35,968 nucleotides of DNA from Acidimicrobiia bacterium (GTDB lineage: Bacteria > Actinomycetota > Acidimicrobiia > Spongiisociales > ZC4RG35). The first letter of the stretch is position 1. Every line of letters starts with the position of its first letter. Positions 17,300 to 26,470 of the stretch are shown one piece after another. A program made the position numbers and the translations under genes. The notes under the pieces are model-generated. The model searched no databases, was not told where the DNA came from, and saw nothing but the letters and a program-made list of their open reading frames with translations. The DNA is taken from assembly GCA_036374915.1 (NCBI GenBank), contig DASUSU010000195.1, positions 1 through 35,968 on the forward strand, read 5' to 3'.

Positions 17300-17674
17300 T
17301 CAGACCGTGTCGACCAGCGCCTTGAGCAGATCCCGGATCGAGACCACGCCGAGCAGTGAGCCTTCGTCGTCGATCACCGGGAGATGGCGGTAGCCCGATT
17401 CGGTGATCCACGCCGCCGCGTCCCAGACGTCGAGGTCAGGGTCGAAGGTATCGGGGTCGCCGCTCATGATCGAAGACACGCTGGTGTCGAGTTCGATCCC
17501 CTCCGCCACGGAGCGACGGATGTCGCGCTCGGTGACGAGCCCGACCAGCTGCCGCCCTTCGACCACGGCCAACGAGCCGAGATCCGAGCTCTCCATGGCC
17601 ACCGCCGCCTCGAGCAGGGTGGTCTCCGGGCCGCAGATGTGCGGCGAGTTGCTGACGAGATCGCCGAGTTTCAT
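17300..17674 (-). CDS. Stand-alone CBS-pair (Bateman) domain protein
   Basis: Two CBS repeats are apparent (...LVGLVTERDIRR... and ...LLGVVSIRDLLKAL). Confidence 0.85.
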   Translation of the reverse strand: MKLGDLVSNSPHICGPETTLLEAAVAMESSDLGSLAVVEGRQLVGLVTERDIRRSVAEGIELDTSVSSIMSGDPDTFDPDLDVWDAAAWITESGYRHLPVIDDEGSLLGVVSIRDLLKALVDTV

Positions 17675-17682
17675 GAAGGAAA

Positions 17683-17725
17683 CGGTAGCCAGTGGTCGGT
17701 AGTCGGATGCCGGAAGCGGCTACCG
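17683..17725 (-). terminator. Hairpin between the sigma-factor and CBS genes with alternative pairings (partial terminator or attenuator candidate)
   Basis: cggtagcc (17683-17690) pairs with ggctaccg (17718-17725). A second cggtag copy at 17697-17702 can compete for the same partner. There is an inner gccg-cttc-cggc tetraloop hairpin. On the minus strand the structure is followed by TTTCCTTC and then the CBS ATG. Confidence 0.35.
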
Positions 17726-17726
17726 G

Positions 17727-18713
17727 TCAGACCAGGTCGGCTTCGCGGATTCCGAACGAGGGGTGACGGAGACGGCACAGGGCCAGCTTCTCCAGTTGCC
17801 GGATCCGCTCACGGGTCAGGTTGAACTCGTCCCCGATCTCCTCGAGAGTGCGGGGAACACCGTCGTAGAACCCGTAGCGAAGGGCGAGGATCCTGCCCTC
17901 CCTCTCGGGAAGACGCTCGATGGAGACCCGCAGCGAGTTGGCCACATCCATCTCCTCGGTCATCTGGACCGGATCGGCTGCGTCCTCGTCCTCGATGAAG
18001 TCACCGAGTTGGGCGCCATCCTCCCCGATCGGCTGCTCGAGCGAGACGGTGTCCGCCACGCTCAGCGCCAACTCGACCTTGTCGGCGGTGACACCGGCCT
18101 CCTCGGCGATCTCCTCGGGCCGAGGGTCACGGCCCAACTCCGCCTTGAGTGAGGCTTGGGCCGCCCGCACCGCGGCCAGGGTGTCGTGGAGGTGCACCGG
18201 GATACGAACGGTCCGCGACTTGTCGGCAATCGCCCTGGTTATCGCCTGGCGGATCCACCACGTGGCATAGGTGGAGAACTTGAAGCCTTTGCGCCAGTCG
18301 AACTTCTCCACCGCCCGGATCAGCCCGAGGTTGCCTTCCTGAATCAGGTCGAGGAAGTCGATTCCCGAGGTGTTGGCATAACGTCGGGCGTTGGCAACAA
18401 CCAGACGCAGGTTGGCGGTGAGGAAGTCATCCTTGGCCTGGGCCCCGCGCCGAGCAAGCCGTCGCAGTTCCATCTCCTCGCGCTTGCCGCTGTACTCGCC
18501 CCGTTCCAGCTTGGCGGCTGCATCCTCGCCGGACTCGATCTTCTGAGCCAGTTCCACCTCTTGCTCGGCGGTGAGGAGGTCGTACTCGCCGATGGCGGTC
18601 AGGTACTGGGAGACCAGATCGGTGGTGAGACGCCCGCGCTCGTCCGTCAGCTTCGAATGAAGACGGATCCGCGGTTTCTCGGTCTTTTCGGTGCGCGTCT
18701 CAGCGGCAGGCAT
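17727..18713 (-). CDS. RNA polymerase sigma-70 family factor, group 1/2 (RpoD/SigA/SigB-like)
   Basis: [42 protein letters not shown] (regions 2.1-2.4) and [14 protein letters not shown] (region 4.2). ATG at 18713 is preceded by AGGAGGA. The N-terminal region before region 1.2 is short. Confidence 0.9.
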   Translation of the reverse strand: MPAAETRTEKTEKPRIRLHSKLTDERGRLTTDLVSQYLTAIGEYDLLTAEQEVELAQKIESGEDAAAKLERGEYSGKREEMELRRLARRGAQAKDDFLTANLRLVVANARRYANTSGIDFLDLIQEGNLGLIRAVEKFDWRKGFKFSTYATWWIRQAITRAIADKSRTVRIPVHLHDTLAAVRAAQASLKAELGRDPRPEEIAEEAGVTADKVELALSVADTVSLEQPIGEDGAQLGDFIEDEDAADPVQMTEEMDVANSLRVSIERLPEREGRILALRYGFYDGVPRTLEEIGDEFNLTRERIRQLEKLALCRLRHPSFGIREADLV

Positions 18714-18957
18714 CAAATAAAGTCCTCCTGGGCCCTTCGGGCAGGGTTCTGCCTCCCGAACGCCCAACTATGACAGACGGAAGGGTGTTTGTGAACCCCC
18801 CTCTTTTGCACGGACACCCGGGCATTCCAGGCATTCGGGAGGTCCTATTCTACCGGGACCTCGTATTTGTCTACCCGGCCCACCGACATCTTCGGGCCGG
18901 CCCGGCCCGACCCGGGGTCGATCGAGCTGGTCCGACCTCAGAGTCGAGGAGAAGACG

Positions 18958-19320
18958 TTGACGGCACCGTCACACGATGTCGACGAGTTTCTCGCCTCAT
19001 TGCCGGAGAAGGAGAGAGACGTGCTGCAGCGTCTTCGCCGAACGATCCGGGCGGCGGCCCCGGACGCCACCGAGCGCATCGGCTACGGAGTCCCCGCCTT
19101 CTACTACCGGGGACGCCCCCTCGTCTCCTACGGCGCCGGAAAGAACCACTGTTCCTTCTATGTGCAGAGCCCGGCAGTCATGGAGGCGCACCGGGAAGCT
19201 CTCCAAGGGCACGACACCGCCAAGGGGACGGTTCGTTTCAAGGCGGATCAGCCCCTCCCCGACGCCCTGGTCGAGATGCTGGTCCGAGCCCGGCTCGAGG
19301 AGACCGAAGCCGCCGGATGA
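18958..19320 (+). CDS. DUF1801 (YdhG-like) domain protein
   Basis: VDEFLASLPEKERDVLQRLRRTIRAAAPDATERIGYGVPAFYYRGRPLVSYGAGKNHCSFY matches the family pattern as I remember it. TTG start with GAGGAGAAG upstream. Confidence 0.65.
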   Translation: MTAPSHDVDEFLASLPEKERDVLQRLRRTIRAAAPDATERIGYGVPAFYYRGRPLVSYGAGKNHCSFYVQSPAVMEAHREALQGHDTAKGTVRFKADQPLPDALVEMLVRARLEETEAAG

Positions 19321-19335
19321 GGGGGCGTGACTCGG

Positions 19336-19824
19336 TCAACTTTGGGACTTGGGGTCGAAGACCCGGGACAGCGTCCCTCTGCCGAGACTGAGGCCGGCCC
19401 AGGACTCCATCTCGAGCTCGATCACGGCCACCGCTGCCGTTTTCATCTCGACTCGCTCACCGGTCAGCTTCGCCACCAACATCGACCAGGTCGGCTGATG
19501 CCCGACCATCATCAGACGGCCCACCTCGGGGGCAGAGGCGCCGACCCCGAGCACCTCCTCCGGCCCCGATTCGTAGAGAGTCGCGTCCAGCCGCAGCTCG
19601 GCATCCCAGCCGCCCTCCTCGATGGCGAGTTGGGCGGTTGTCTTCGCCCGGAGCGCCGTCGAGCTGATCACGACCTGGGGCGCGACCCCGTGCGCAGTGA
19701 GGACGCGGCCCATCGCCCGAGCGTCTCTCACGCCTCGCTCGTTGAGCGGCCGATCGTGATCCGACCCGTAGTCGGCTTCCCAGTCCGACTTGGCGTGACG
19801 CATGAGGAGGAGGGCCCTGGTCAC
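19336..19824 (-). CDS. sixA: SixA-like histidine phosphatase
   Basis: LLLMRHAKSDW...DRPLNERG...VGHQP motifs. GTG start at 19824 overlaps the stop of the upstream gene (GTGA). Confidence 0.75.
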   Translation of the reverse strand: MTRALLLMRHAKSDWEADYGSDHDRPLNERGVRDARAMGRVLTAHGVAPQVVISSTALRAKTTAQLAIEEGGWDAELRLDATLYESGPEEVLGVGASAPEVGRLMMVGHQPTWSMLVAKLTGERVEMKTAAVAVIELEMESWAGLSLGRGTLSRVFDPKSQS

Positions 19825-20477
19825 GGAGCGAGGAGCCTCCCCGCCGTGGTGAAGATCCTCGGGTCGGGATAGTCCTCGCAGTAGTTGTACGCATAGGCGA
19901 CCCGGATCGTGCCGTCCCGGGCGATCACGAACTCGCCGGACTGCATCCACGGGTCGTCGACCAGTGGCCGTCCCTGGGCCCGTCGATCGGCCTGGAAGTT
20001 CCGACCTGTCTCCTCTTCCAGGTCGCAGAACTCGTCCGGGGCGTCGTAGAGAACCTGCTCCACCGACCAGTGCCCGAGCCCGAAAGCCTTGTGAGCGGAG
20101 TACTCGGGATCGATCAGCATGGGGATCGGGATCTGGTGCTTCTCCTTGTACCTGGCCACACGTTCCCTGTCACCGGGGGCGATGATCACCACTTCGAGAC
20201 CGGCGTCGAGGTACGACCGATGCTCTTCCTTGAGCCGCTCGGCCCGATCCAGCCCGCAGCCGCAGCCGAGATGCCGCCACAGCAGCAGCAGAGTCGGCTT
20301 CCGAGCCCATAGCTCGGCCAGTGAGACCCTCGCCCCGTCCTCGTCGAGGACCTCTACGTCTGGCGCCTGGTCTCCCCTTCGCAGCGGATCGCCTTTCAGA
20401 GTCGGGCCGACCAGCCAACTCGCCATCCAGCGCTGCTCAGCGGAGAAGGTGAGCGCATCGATGTCCCTGTCGGTCAT
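19821..20477 (-). CDS. Peroxiredoxin-like (AhpC/TSA, thioredoxin-fold) protein with a CGC motif
   Basis: [44 protein letters not shown]...VVIIAPGD is the Prx-like layout, but with GCGCG where the CxxC or peroxidatic Cys motif would be. ATG at 20477 chosen, with GGAGG upstream. Confidence 0.7.
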   Translation of the reverse strand: MTDRDIDALTFSAEQRWMASWLVGPTLKGDPLRRGDQAPDVEVLDEDGARVSLAELWARKPTLLLLWRHLGCGCGLDRAERLKEEHRSYLDAGLEVVIIAPGDRERVARYKEKHQIPIPMLIDPEYSAHKAFGLGHWSVEQVLYDAPDEFCDLEEETGRNFQADRRAQGRPLVDDPWMQSGEFVIARDGTIRVAYAYNYCEDYPDPRIFTTAGRLLAP

Positions 20478-20593
20478 GGCCTCCAACGGGTTCCGGTCGG
20501 CCGACCCTAATCCGGCTGGCACGAGGGGCCGTGGCCGTACCCGGACGGACCGCCCCCGGCCGGTACCGGACGTCACCGACTACGTTCAGCGCG

Positions 20594-22576
20594 ATGCCGA
20601 ATCGTCTCGCCGAGGCAACCTCGCCCTACCTGCTTCAGCACAAGGACAACCCGGTCGATTGGCGGGAGTGGGGGGAAGACGCCTTCGCCGAAGCCCGGGA
20701 CAGGGACGTCCCCGTCCTGCTCAGCGTGGGCTACTCGGCATGCCACTGGTGTCATGTGATGGCCCACGAGTCGTTCGAGGACCCGGAGACAGCGGCGGAG
20801 ATGAACCGTCTCTATGTGAACGTCAAGGTCGATCGCGAGGAGCGACCGGATGTCGACAGCATCTACATGGATGCGGTTCAGGCCATGACCGGCCAGGGAG
20901 GGTGGCCGATGACGGTCTGGCTGACGCCGGACGGTCGGCCCTTCTACGCGGGCACCTACTTCCCCGATGCGGACCGACACGGGATGCCCTCGTTCCGGAC
21001 CGTGATGCGTGCGGTCTCGGACGCCTGGGAGACTCGACGCGAGGAGGTGCTCGGGCAGTCGGAGAAGCTGACCGAGGCGATCACTCGGGTCGTCCCCCAC
21101 TCGGACAGTCTCCCCGGGATCGACGTCCTCCAGCGTGCCTATGAGTCCCTCGCCGCCGGGTTCGACCCGATCAACGGCGGATTCGGGGGCGCCCCCAAGT
21201 TCCCCCAACAGCCGGTGCTCGAATTCCTGCTCCGGGTCCACGAGGAGAGCTGGGCCCCGCAAGCCGGTCACATGGTGAAGGTGACGCTCTCCGAGATCGC
21301 CCAGGGCGGGATTCACGACCAGTTGGGCGGCGGCTTTGCCCGCTACTCGGTCGACTCGCAGTGGCTCGTCCCCCACTTCGAGAAGATGCTCTACGACAAT
21401 GCCCAATTGGCCCGCCTCTATCTCTGGGCCGGGATCGAACTCGGTGAGCCGGACTTCGTCGAGGTGGCGCGGTCGACCTTCGCCTATCTCGTGTCAGATC
21501 TCAGACATCCCTCCGGAGGCTTTTACTCGGCCGAGGATGCCGACTCCGAGGGGGCGGAAGGCACCTTCTACCTCTGGACCACCGACGAGCTCGATCAAGT
21601 GTTGGGACCTGAGGACGGGGCCGAGGCGGCCCGCTTCTTCGGCGCATCACCCCACGGCAACTTCGAGGGGTCGAACATCCTGCACCGGCCGACCTCCGAT
21701 CCTTGGTCAGATCGGATCGAGTCGATCAGATCGCGCCTGCTCCGGCATCGGGCCACCAGGGTCAGGCCAGGTCTCGACGACAAGGTGGTGGCGTCGTGGA
21801 ACGGGCTCGTGATCAGGGCCCTGGCCGAAGCCGGGGCCGCCCTCGAAGACGAGTCCTATCTGGCGGCGGCCCGCGACACGGCCCGGTTCGTGCTCGAGGA
21901 GATGGTGGTCGACGGTGTCCTCCGCCGCTCCTGGCGGGACGGTCGGGCCGGCGACGTGCCCGGTTTCCTCGAGGACCATGCCGCCCTCGCCCTCGGTCTC
22001 TTCGCCCTGTACGCGGCCACCGGCGAGCATCGTTGGTATCAGGCCGCCGCCGGCCTGACCTCTGAGCTACCCGAGCGATTCGCCGACCCCGAAGGCGGGT
22101 TCTTCGACACGCCGAGCGACGGTGAGGGCCTGATCAAGCGACCCAAGAGCCAGGCCGACAATCCGCTCCCCTCGGGGAACGGCCTCGCCGCCGAGGCCAT
22201 CCTCGTCTACTCGGCGTACACCGGCGACGCACGGTTCCGGGATCAGGCCGCGGTGACGTTGCGCGCCGCCGGGCTGTTCATGGAGCGCTATCCCTCGATG
22301 GTGGGGCATCACCTCGGCGTGCTCCACTCCCTTCTCACCGGAAGACAGCTAGCCATCGTCGGGCCGGATTGGCCGGACCTGTCACGAGTCTTTTGGAGTC
22401 GCTTCCGACCCGACGTGGTCCTCGCCCCGTCGCCTGCCGGGAATGAGCCCATCCCCCTCCTCGAGGGCCGGGCCGACGCCTCCCGAACCCTGGCCTACCT
22501 GTGCCGGGACCACGTTTGTGACCTGCCCACCGCCGACCCTGCGGTTCTCGCCGACCAGCTCGCGCTGCGTGCCTGA
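20594..22576 (+). CDS. Thioredoxin-domain protein, DUF255/YyaL family (N-terminal Trx-like plus (alpha/alpha)6-barrel)
   Basis: [54 protein letters not shown]...[12 protein letters not shown] is the highly characteristic N-terminus. Confidence 0.85.
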   Translation: MPNRLAEATSPYLLQHKDNPVDWREWGEDAFAEARDRDVPVLLSVGYSACHWCHVMAHESFEDPETAAEMNRLYVNVKVDREERPDVDSIYMDAVQAMTGQGGWPMTVWLTPDGRPFYAGTYFPDADRHGMPSFRTVMRAVSDAWETRREEVLGQSEKLTEAITRVVPHSDSLPGIDVLQRAYESLAAGFDPINGGFGGAPKFPQQPVLEFLLRVHEESWAPQAGHMVKVTLSEIAQGGIHDQLGGGFARYSVDSQWLVPHFEKMLYDNAQLARLYLWAGIELGEPDFVEVARSTFAYLVSDLRHPSGGFYSAEDADSEGAEGTFYLWTTDELDQVLGPEDGAEAARFFGASPHGNFEGSNILHRPTSDPWSDRIESIRSRLLRHRATRVRPGLDDKVVASWNGLVIRALAEAGAALEDESYLAAARDTARFVLEEMVVDGVLRRSWRDGRAGDVPGFLEDHAALALGLFALYAATGEHRWYQAAAGLTSELPERFADPEGGFFDTPSDGEGLIKRPKSQADNPLPSGNGLAAEAILVYSAYTGDARFRDQAAVTLRAAGLFMERYPSMVGHHLGVLHSLLTGRQLAIVGPDWPDLSRVFWSRFRPDVVLAPSPAGNEPIPLLEGRADASRTLAYLCRDHVCDLPTADPAVLADQLALRA

Positions 22577-22611
22577 TCCGGGGGATCGATGATTTCGGAC
22601 CGGCCCGGGCT

Positions 22612-23394
22612 CTAGAGACCGACGGCTATCGCCCGGTTCAAAGCCGAGGTCATCACGTTTTCGGGATACGGACCGAGCCGGGATGCGTCGGGAACCGGCA
22701 GGCCCTCCTCGACACACCGACGGGCCAGGGCGGCGACTGCCTCGATCTCCTCCAGTTGCGAGGCCGCGGCGGCCTGGTCCATCGTGTCTCCGTGCCCTGG
22801 GACGAGTAGCGACGTCGTGGTGCCGAGCGCCGACCTCAACGTACGGGGCCAGCTCAGTGGGTAGCCGTCGTCGAACACCGGTGGAGACCCCTCTTCGAGA
22901 AGGTCACCCATGAAGGTCACCTCGCCCACGGATATGATGAGGTCGGCGTCGGTGTGACCGAGACCGTGATAGCTCATCGTGACCAGCAGCGACCCGAGAT
23001 CGATCAGGGCGGTGTCGGTGACCACCTTTGACGGGGGAACGATCTCGACCTCGTCGAACTCGGCCTTTCTCTCAGGAAGCCAGGCGGCCGCATCGAGCTT
23101 CATCGAATCGCCCCGCTCCACCATGTTCTTGCGACAGAGGTCGTGACCCCAGATCTCGGCGTCGGGAAAGCGCGAGTTCCCGAAGGTGTGATCCCAGTGC
23201 CAGTGGGTGTCGATGACCCATCTCACCGGGATGGGGGTGAGCGTGCGCAGCTCTTCCCGCAGCTCGTCGGCCTCCACATGACTGGCCCTGGTGTCGATCA
23301 CGACCAGTCCGACCTCGGCCATCACCACGCCGATGTTGAGATCCAACGACTCGAAGCGACGCCGGAAGACACCATCGGAGAGCTCTTCGAACAT
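22612..23394 (-). CDS. MBL-fold metallo-hydrolase
   Basis: HWHWDH (HxHxDH) motif plus downstream HGLGHTDAD and PGHG. ATG at 23394 chosen; the upstream extension is Arg/Pro-rich junk. Confidence 0.8.
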   Translation of the reverse strand: MFEELSDGVFRRRFESLDLNIGVVMAEVGLVVIDTRASHVEADELREELRTLTPIPVRWVIDTHWHWDHTFGNSRFPDAEIWGHDLCRKNMVERGDSMKLDAAAWLPERKAEFDEVEIVPPSKVVTDTALIDLGSLLVTMSYHGLGHTDADLIISVGEVTFMGDLLEEGSPPVFDDGYPLSWPRTLRSALGTTTSLLVPGHGDTMDQAAAASQLEEIEAVAALARRCVEEGLPVPDASRLGPYPENVMTSALNRAIAVGL

Positions 23395-23456
23395 CGCGTG
23401 GCGGAGACTAGATGTCGACGTTGCGGAGGGCCGCCTGCGGACCTGAGAGGATCCGA

Positions 23457-24353
23457 CTACGGGGCCGGCGCGGCGAGCTCGACCGGGACCTGGAGCGCCT
23501 CGGCCGAGGCGAGCACGTAGGTGATCCACAGGAGGTCGGCGAGGAGGAGGTGGACCAGCTGCATCCAGACCGGCACCCCGAGTGCGATGTTGAGAGCACC
23601 GGTTAGGAGCATGAGACCGACCAGCAACGGCAGGGCGTTCCCCGCCCTGCTCCTCGGAGTCCGGGCCCGTCCGGACGCCCACCACCCGATCGCGGCTGCT
23701 ACCACCGCCAGGGCCGGGTGGACGAGACGGAGATCGGTGAGAAAGTGGGCCTCATCGGTTGCACCCAGGTCCGACGCCCCCTTGGGGAACAGGGTGTCGG
23801 CCAGGGCGGTGACCGCCCCGGTCGAGGCGAGAAGGACCATCGCGACGCCGCCCAGGACCACCCAGCGCCAGACCAGGGGCTGCGACCGTGGGGCGAGCCG
23901 TCGCCCACCCGATAGCCAGAACCCGGTCAGGGCAAGAGCGGCGAGGAGGAACAGGGTGTTGACCAGATGGAGCGGAACCGCCACCACCCGGGCCAGGGAA
24001 TCGTCCTCGGCCACCCACTCGGCGAGGACGATCATGGCCCCGATCAACGCCTCACCCACGATCGCGGCCAGAGAGAGGACCGCCCCGGTGCGGGCCGGCT
24101 CACCGCTTCCCACCTCACGCCACACCAACACCACCAGGATCGCCACCAGGGCCAGTGCGACTCCGCTGGCGACCCGGTGGGTGAACTCGATGGCGGTGGC
24201 GCCGGATAACTCGGGCACGACCTCGCCCCGACAGGTGGGCCAGGAACGCCCGCACCCCGCACCCGATCCGGTGGCCCGCACCAGGGCGCCGAGCAGGATG
24301 ACCCCGATGTTGAACACGAGGGTGAACCAGGCGTAGCGGGCGGTACGGGTCAC
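23457..24353 (-). CDS. ctaA: Heme A synthase, COX15/CtaA family
   Basis: Multi-pass membrane protein with GALVRATGSGAGCGRSWPTC and conserved His in TM helices (FTHR, PLHLVN, LVHLLLA). Start placed at GTG 24353 (TTG 24356 is possible). The rest of the 537-aa ORF is antisense to the next gene. Confidence 0.8.
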   Translation of the reverse strand: MTRTARYAWFTLVFNIGVILLGALVRATGSGAGCGRSWPTCRGEVVPELSGATAIEFTHRVASGVALALVAILVVLVWREVGSGEPARTGAVLSLAAIVGEALIGAMIVLAEWVAEDDSLARVVAVPLHLVNTLFLLAALALTGFWLSGGRRLAPRSQPLVWRWVVLGGVAMVLLASTGAVTALADTLFPKGASDLGATDEAHFLTDLRLVHPALAVVAAAIGWWASGRARTPRSRAGNALPLLVGLMLLTGALNIALGVPVWMQLVHLLLADLLWITYVLASAEALQVPVELAAPAP

Positions 24354-24413
24354 CAACGAGAGGTTAGAAGTGGTTGCGGGGTGCGCCGCCGGTTGCGATA
24401 CCCTCGCCGGCGC

Positions 24414-25367
24414 ATGGAGATCTTCCCCGACGTTGTTGCCGCCATCGGCAACACCCCGCTGGTCCGTCTCTCCCGCATTCATCCGCCCGGGAATCTCGTG
24501 GCCAAGCTCGAGCACATGAACCCGGGTGGCTCGGTGAAAGAGCGGATCGCGGTCTCCATGATCGATGCGGCCGAGAAGCAGGGCCTGCTCCGTCCCGGTG
24601 GCACCATCATCGAGCCCACCTCGGGCAACACCGGGGTGGGTCTGGCCATGATCGGCGCCGTTCGCGGCTATCGGGTCATCTGCACCGTCCCCGACAAGGT
24701 GTCGAAGGAGAAACAGGACCTCCTCCGGGCCTACGGGGTGGAGGTGATCGTCACCCCCACCGACCTGCTCCCCGAGCATCCCGACTCCTACTACGGCGTG
24801 GCCCGCCGGCTGGCCGAGGAGATCGAGGGTGCGTTCCACCCCGACCAGTACTCCAATCCGGCCAACCCCCAGGCCCACTACGAGGGCACCGGGCCCGAGA
24901 TCTGGCGACAGACCGATGGTGAGATCGGTGCGCTCGTGGTGGGTGTGGGCACCGGGGGGACCATCACCGGGGCTGGTCGGTATCTGAAAGAGCAGAAGCC
25001 GGACCTTGTCGTGGTCGGAGTCGACCCGGTCGGCTCGATCTTCACCGCCGACACCTCCGACGAGGTGCATCAGTATCTGGTCGAGGGGGTCGGAGAGGAC
25101 TTCTACCCGGAGACGGTCGACCTGGACCTGATCGACAGGTGGGTTCGGGTCACCGACCAGGAGTCGTTGACCATGACCAGGCGTCTGGCCCGAGAGGAAG
25201 GAATCCTGGTCGGGGGCTCATGCGGGATGGCGGCCCACGGCGCACTCCAGGTTGCGGCCGAGGACCACACGGTGATGGTCGTGGTGATCCTCCCCGACTC
25301 GGGGCGGGGCTATCTGTCCAAGGTGTTCAACGACGAGTGGATGACCGGGCACGGCTTCCACATCTGA
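24414..25367 (+). CDS. PLP-dependent cysteine synthase family enzyme, cystathionine-beta-synthase-like catalytic core (no C-terminal CBS pair)
   Basis: IGNTPLVRL, NPGGSVKERI (PLP Lys), EPTSGNTG, VGTGGTITG, and VEGVGEDFYPETVDLDLIDRW...GGSCG, which resembles the CBS-type core. Confidence 0.85.
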   Translation: MEIFPDVVAAIGNTPLVRLSRIHPPGNLVAKLEHMNPGGSVKERIAVSMIDAAEKQGLLRPGGTIIEPTSGNTGVGLAMIGAVRGYRVICTVPDKVSKEKQDLLRAYGVEVIVTPTDLLPEHPDSYYGVARRLAEEIEGAFHPDQYSNPANPQAHYEGTGPEIWRQTDGEIGALVVGVGTGGTITGAGRYLKEQKPDLVVVGVDPVGSIFTADTSDEVHQYLVEGVGEDFYPETVDLDLIDRWVRVTDQESLTMTRRLAREEGILVGGSCGMAAHGALQVAAEDHTVMVVVILPDSGRGYLSKVFNDEWMTGHGFHI

Positions 25368-25374
25368 AATGCGA

Positions 25375-25398
25375 GAGGCCCCCTTTCGGGGGCCCCTC
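25375..25398. terminator. GC hairpin 8 nt after the cysteine-synthase-family stop, possibly bidirectional
   Basis: ggccccc (25377-25383) - tttc - gggggcc (25388-25394), extendable with a bulge. Confidence 0.6.
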
Positions 25399-25403
25399 GA
25401 TCG

Positions 25404-25676
25404 ACGAACAGCTATGGCGTTGCTTCGGCGGCGAGCGCCGCCACGGATGGACGAGTTCCGTGGTATCCAGAGCCGGGTGGTCCGAGTTTGGAGTCGCCAC
25501 CGGTCCCGAGGGACGAGCGACGCACGCGGTCAGCGCCGCTCAGCGCTCGACCACCTCCAGAGTCCAAAGACTTTCATACAACCTAGGACCACCTCCTTTC
25601 TCTGGTGGCGACAGTGTGCCACAAATCCGGAGATTTGGTGAGCGGTTTTGTAGGTGGCCGGGACCCGACGCGTCAG
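25404..25676 (-). other. Candidate unannotated small transcription unit (structured RNA and/or 15-codon mini-ORF) in a gene-free convergent spacer
   Basis: Minus strand carries -35-like CTGACG (25676-25671), an 18-nt spacer, -10-like TACAAA (25652-25647), SD AAAGGAGGTG (25599-25590), and ATG 25577 to TGA 25530 (MKVFGLWRWSSAERR). Nested stems are ccagag(25467-72)/ctctgg(25600-05) and ggtggtcc(25476-83)/ggaccacc(25586-93). The strand and nature of the element are uncertain. Confidence 0.3.
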
Positions 25677-25683
25677 CCTGCTC

Positions 25684-26454
25684 TCACCCCTCCCAGGGCA
25701 CTTCCCCGCTCACCGCTCGGGCCGCGAACCAGCGCAACGCCTCGGCGCTGGCATCGTCGAGCCCCAAGGACGCATCGAACGTCTCCGGGTCGAGATCGAG
25801 CACGACCGCGGCGATGACGGCGGCGGCCAGGTAGCTGCCGGCGCGGCTCGGATGGCTCCCATCCGCCTGGTAGAGATCGATGTCGCGACGCTCGGCGAGA
25901 GCCATCCACCATGCGATCCCTACGGGTGCCACCTCGGCGAGCACCGACTCCGCGATCGCCACATAGCTCTCGGCCAGGTCGATCTGCATCGAGGAGTAGT
26001 TGCTGTGGCCCAGTTCGGCTGATCCGTTTCGATGACCCCAGGTGAGGAAGAGCACGACCTCTGCTCCGTTTCCGACGATGGTGCGGGACAACAACTCGGC
26101 GGCCGGGTAACTGGCACGGCGGGCCAGGTCCCGGTCGGCCGGGGCCATGCTCTGCTCCTGCAGCACGACGTAGTCCCAATCGCCGTCGGCTATCGCGTCG
26201 GTCGTTTCCGACGAGGAGGCATGATCTCGCCACCACCAGCCGCCGGGGGCCCTCATCCCCACCTCGACGCGCCGGTCCACGGAGCCGGCCAGATCGCGCA
26301 CCATCTCGGGCAGGTCGTTGACGTGGGTGTAGCTGTTGCCGACGAAGAGAATGCGGACCGGTGGCTCGGAGTCGCCGAAGCAGGCCGCGGCGATGACGGG
26401 CACCAGCAGCACCAAGAGAGCCCGGAGGAACCGGAGACGCATGCTGTTGATCAT
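25684..26454 (-). CDS. Secreted SGNH/GDSL-like hydrolase lipoprotein
   Basis: Signal peptide with lipobox (LLVPVIAAAC), FVGNSYT block I, LQEQS, FLTWG, and DGSHPS block V. Confidence 0.7.
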   Translation of the reverse strand: MINSMRLRFLRALLVLLVPVIAAACFGDSEPPVRILFVGNSYTHVNDLPEMVRDLAGSVDRRVEVGMRAPGGWWWRDHASSSETTDAIADGDWDYVVLQEQSMAPADRDLARRASYPAAELLSRTIVGNGAEVVLFLTWGHRNGSAELGHSNYSSMQIDLAESYVAIAESVLAEVAPVGIAWWMALAERRDIDLYQADGSHPSRAGSYLAAAVIAAVVLDLDPETFDASLGLDDASAEALRWFAARAVSGEVPWEG

Positions 26455-26470
26455 GGCGTCGCCCCGCGGC

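Noticed and set aside
18770-18961. 63-aa plus-strand ORF upstream of the DUF1801 gene, ending in a TTGA overlap with its start
   Set aside because: GC3 is only about 60% against more than 80% in real genes here. There is no SD and the C-terminus is Arg-rich. More likely non-coding sigma-factor promoter or leader DNA.
24354-25070. N-terminal 240 aa of the 537-aa ORF containing ctaA
   Set aside because: The extension is antisense to the cysteine-synthase-family gene and lacks TM helices. CtaA homology starts at about VTRTARYAWF.
25586-25600. GGACCACCTCCTTTC resembling the 3' end of 16S rRNA
   Set aside because: There is no rRNA gene here: none of the upstream 16S helices or conserved blocks are present and protein genes flank the region. 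Kept only as a motif inside the candidate sRNA finding.
25369-25641. 90-aa plus-strand ORF, and the 70-aa ORF at 25605-25817, in the convergent spacer
   Set aside because: The translations are Arg-rich and low-complexity with no SD, and the second ORF runs antisense into the SGNH gene.
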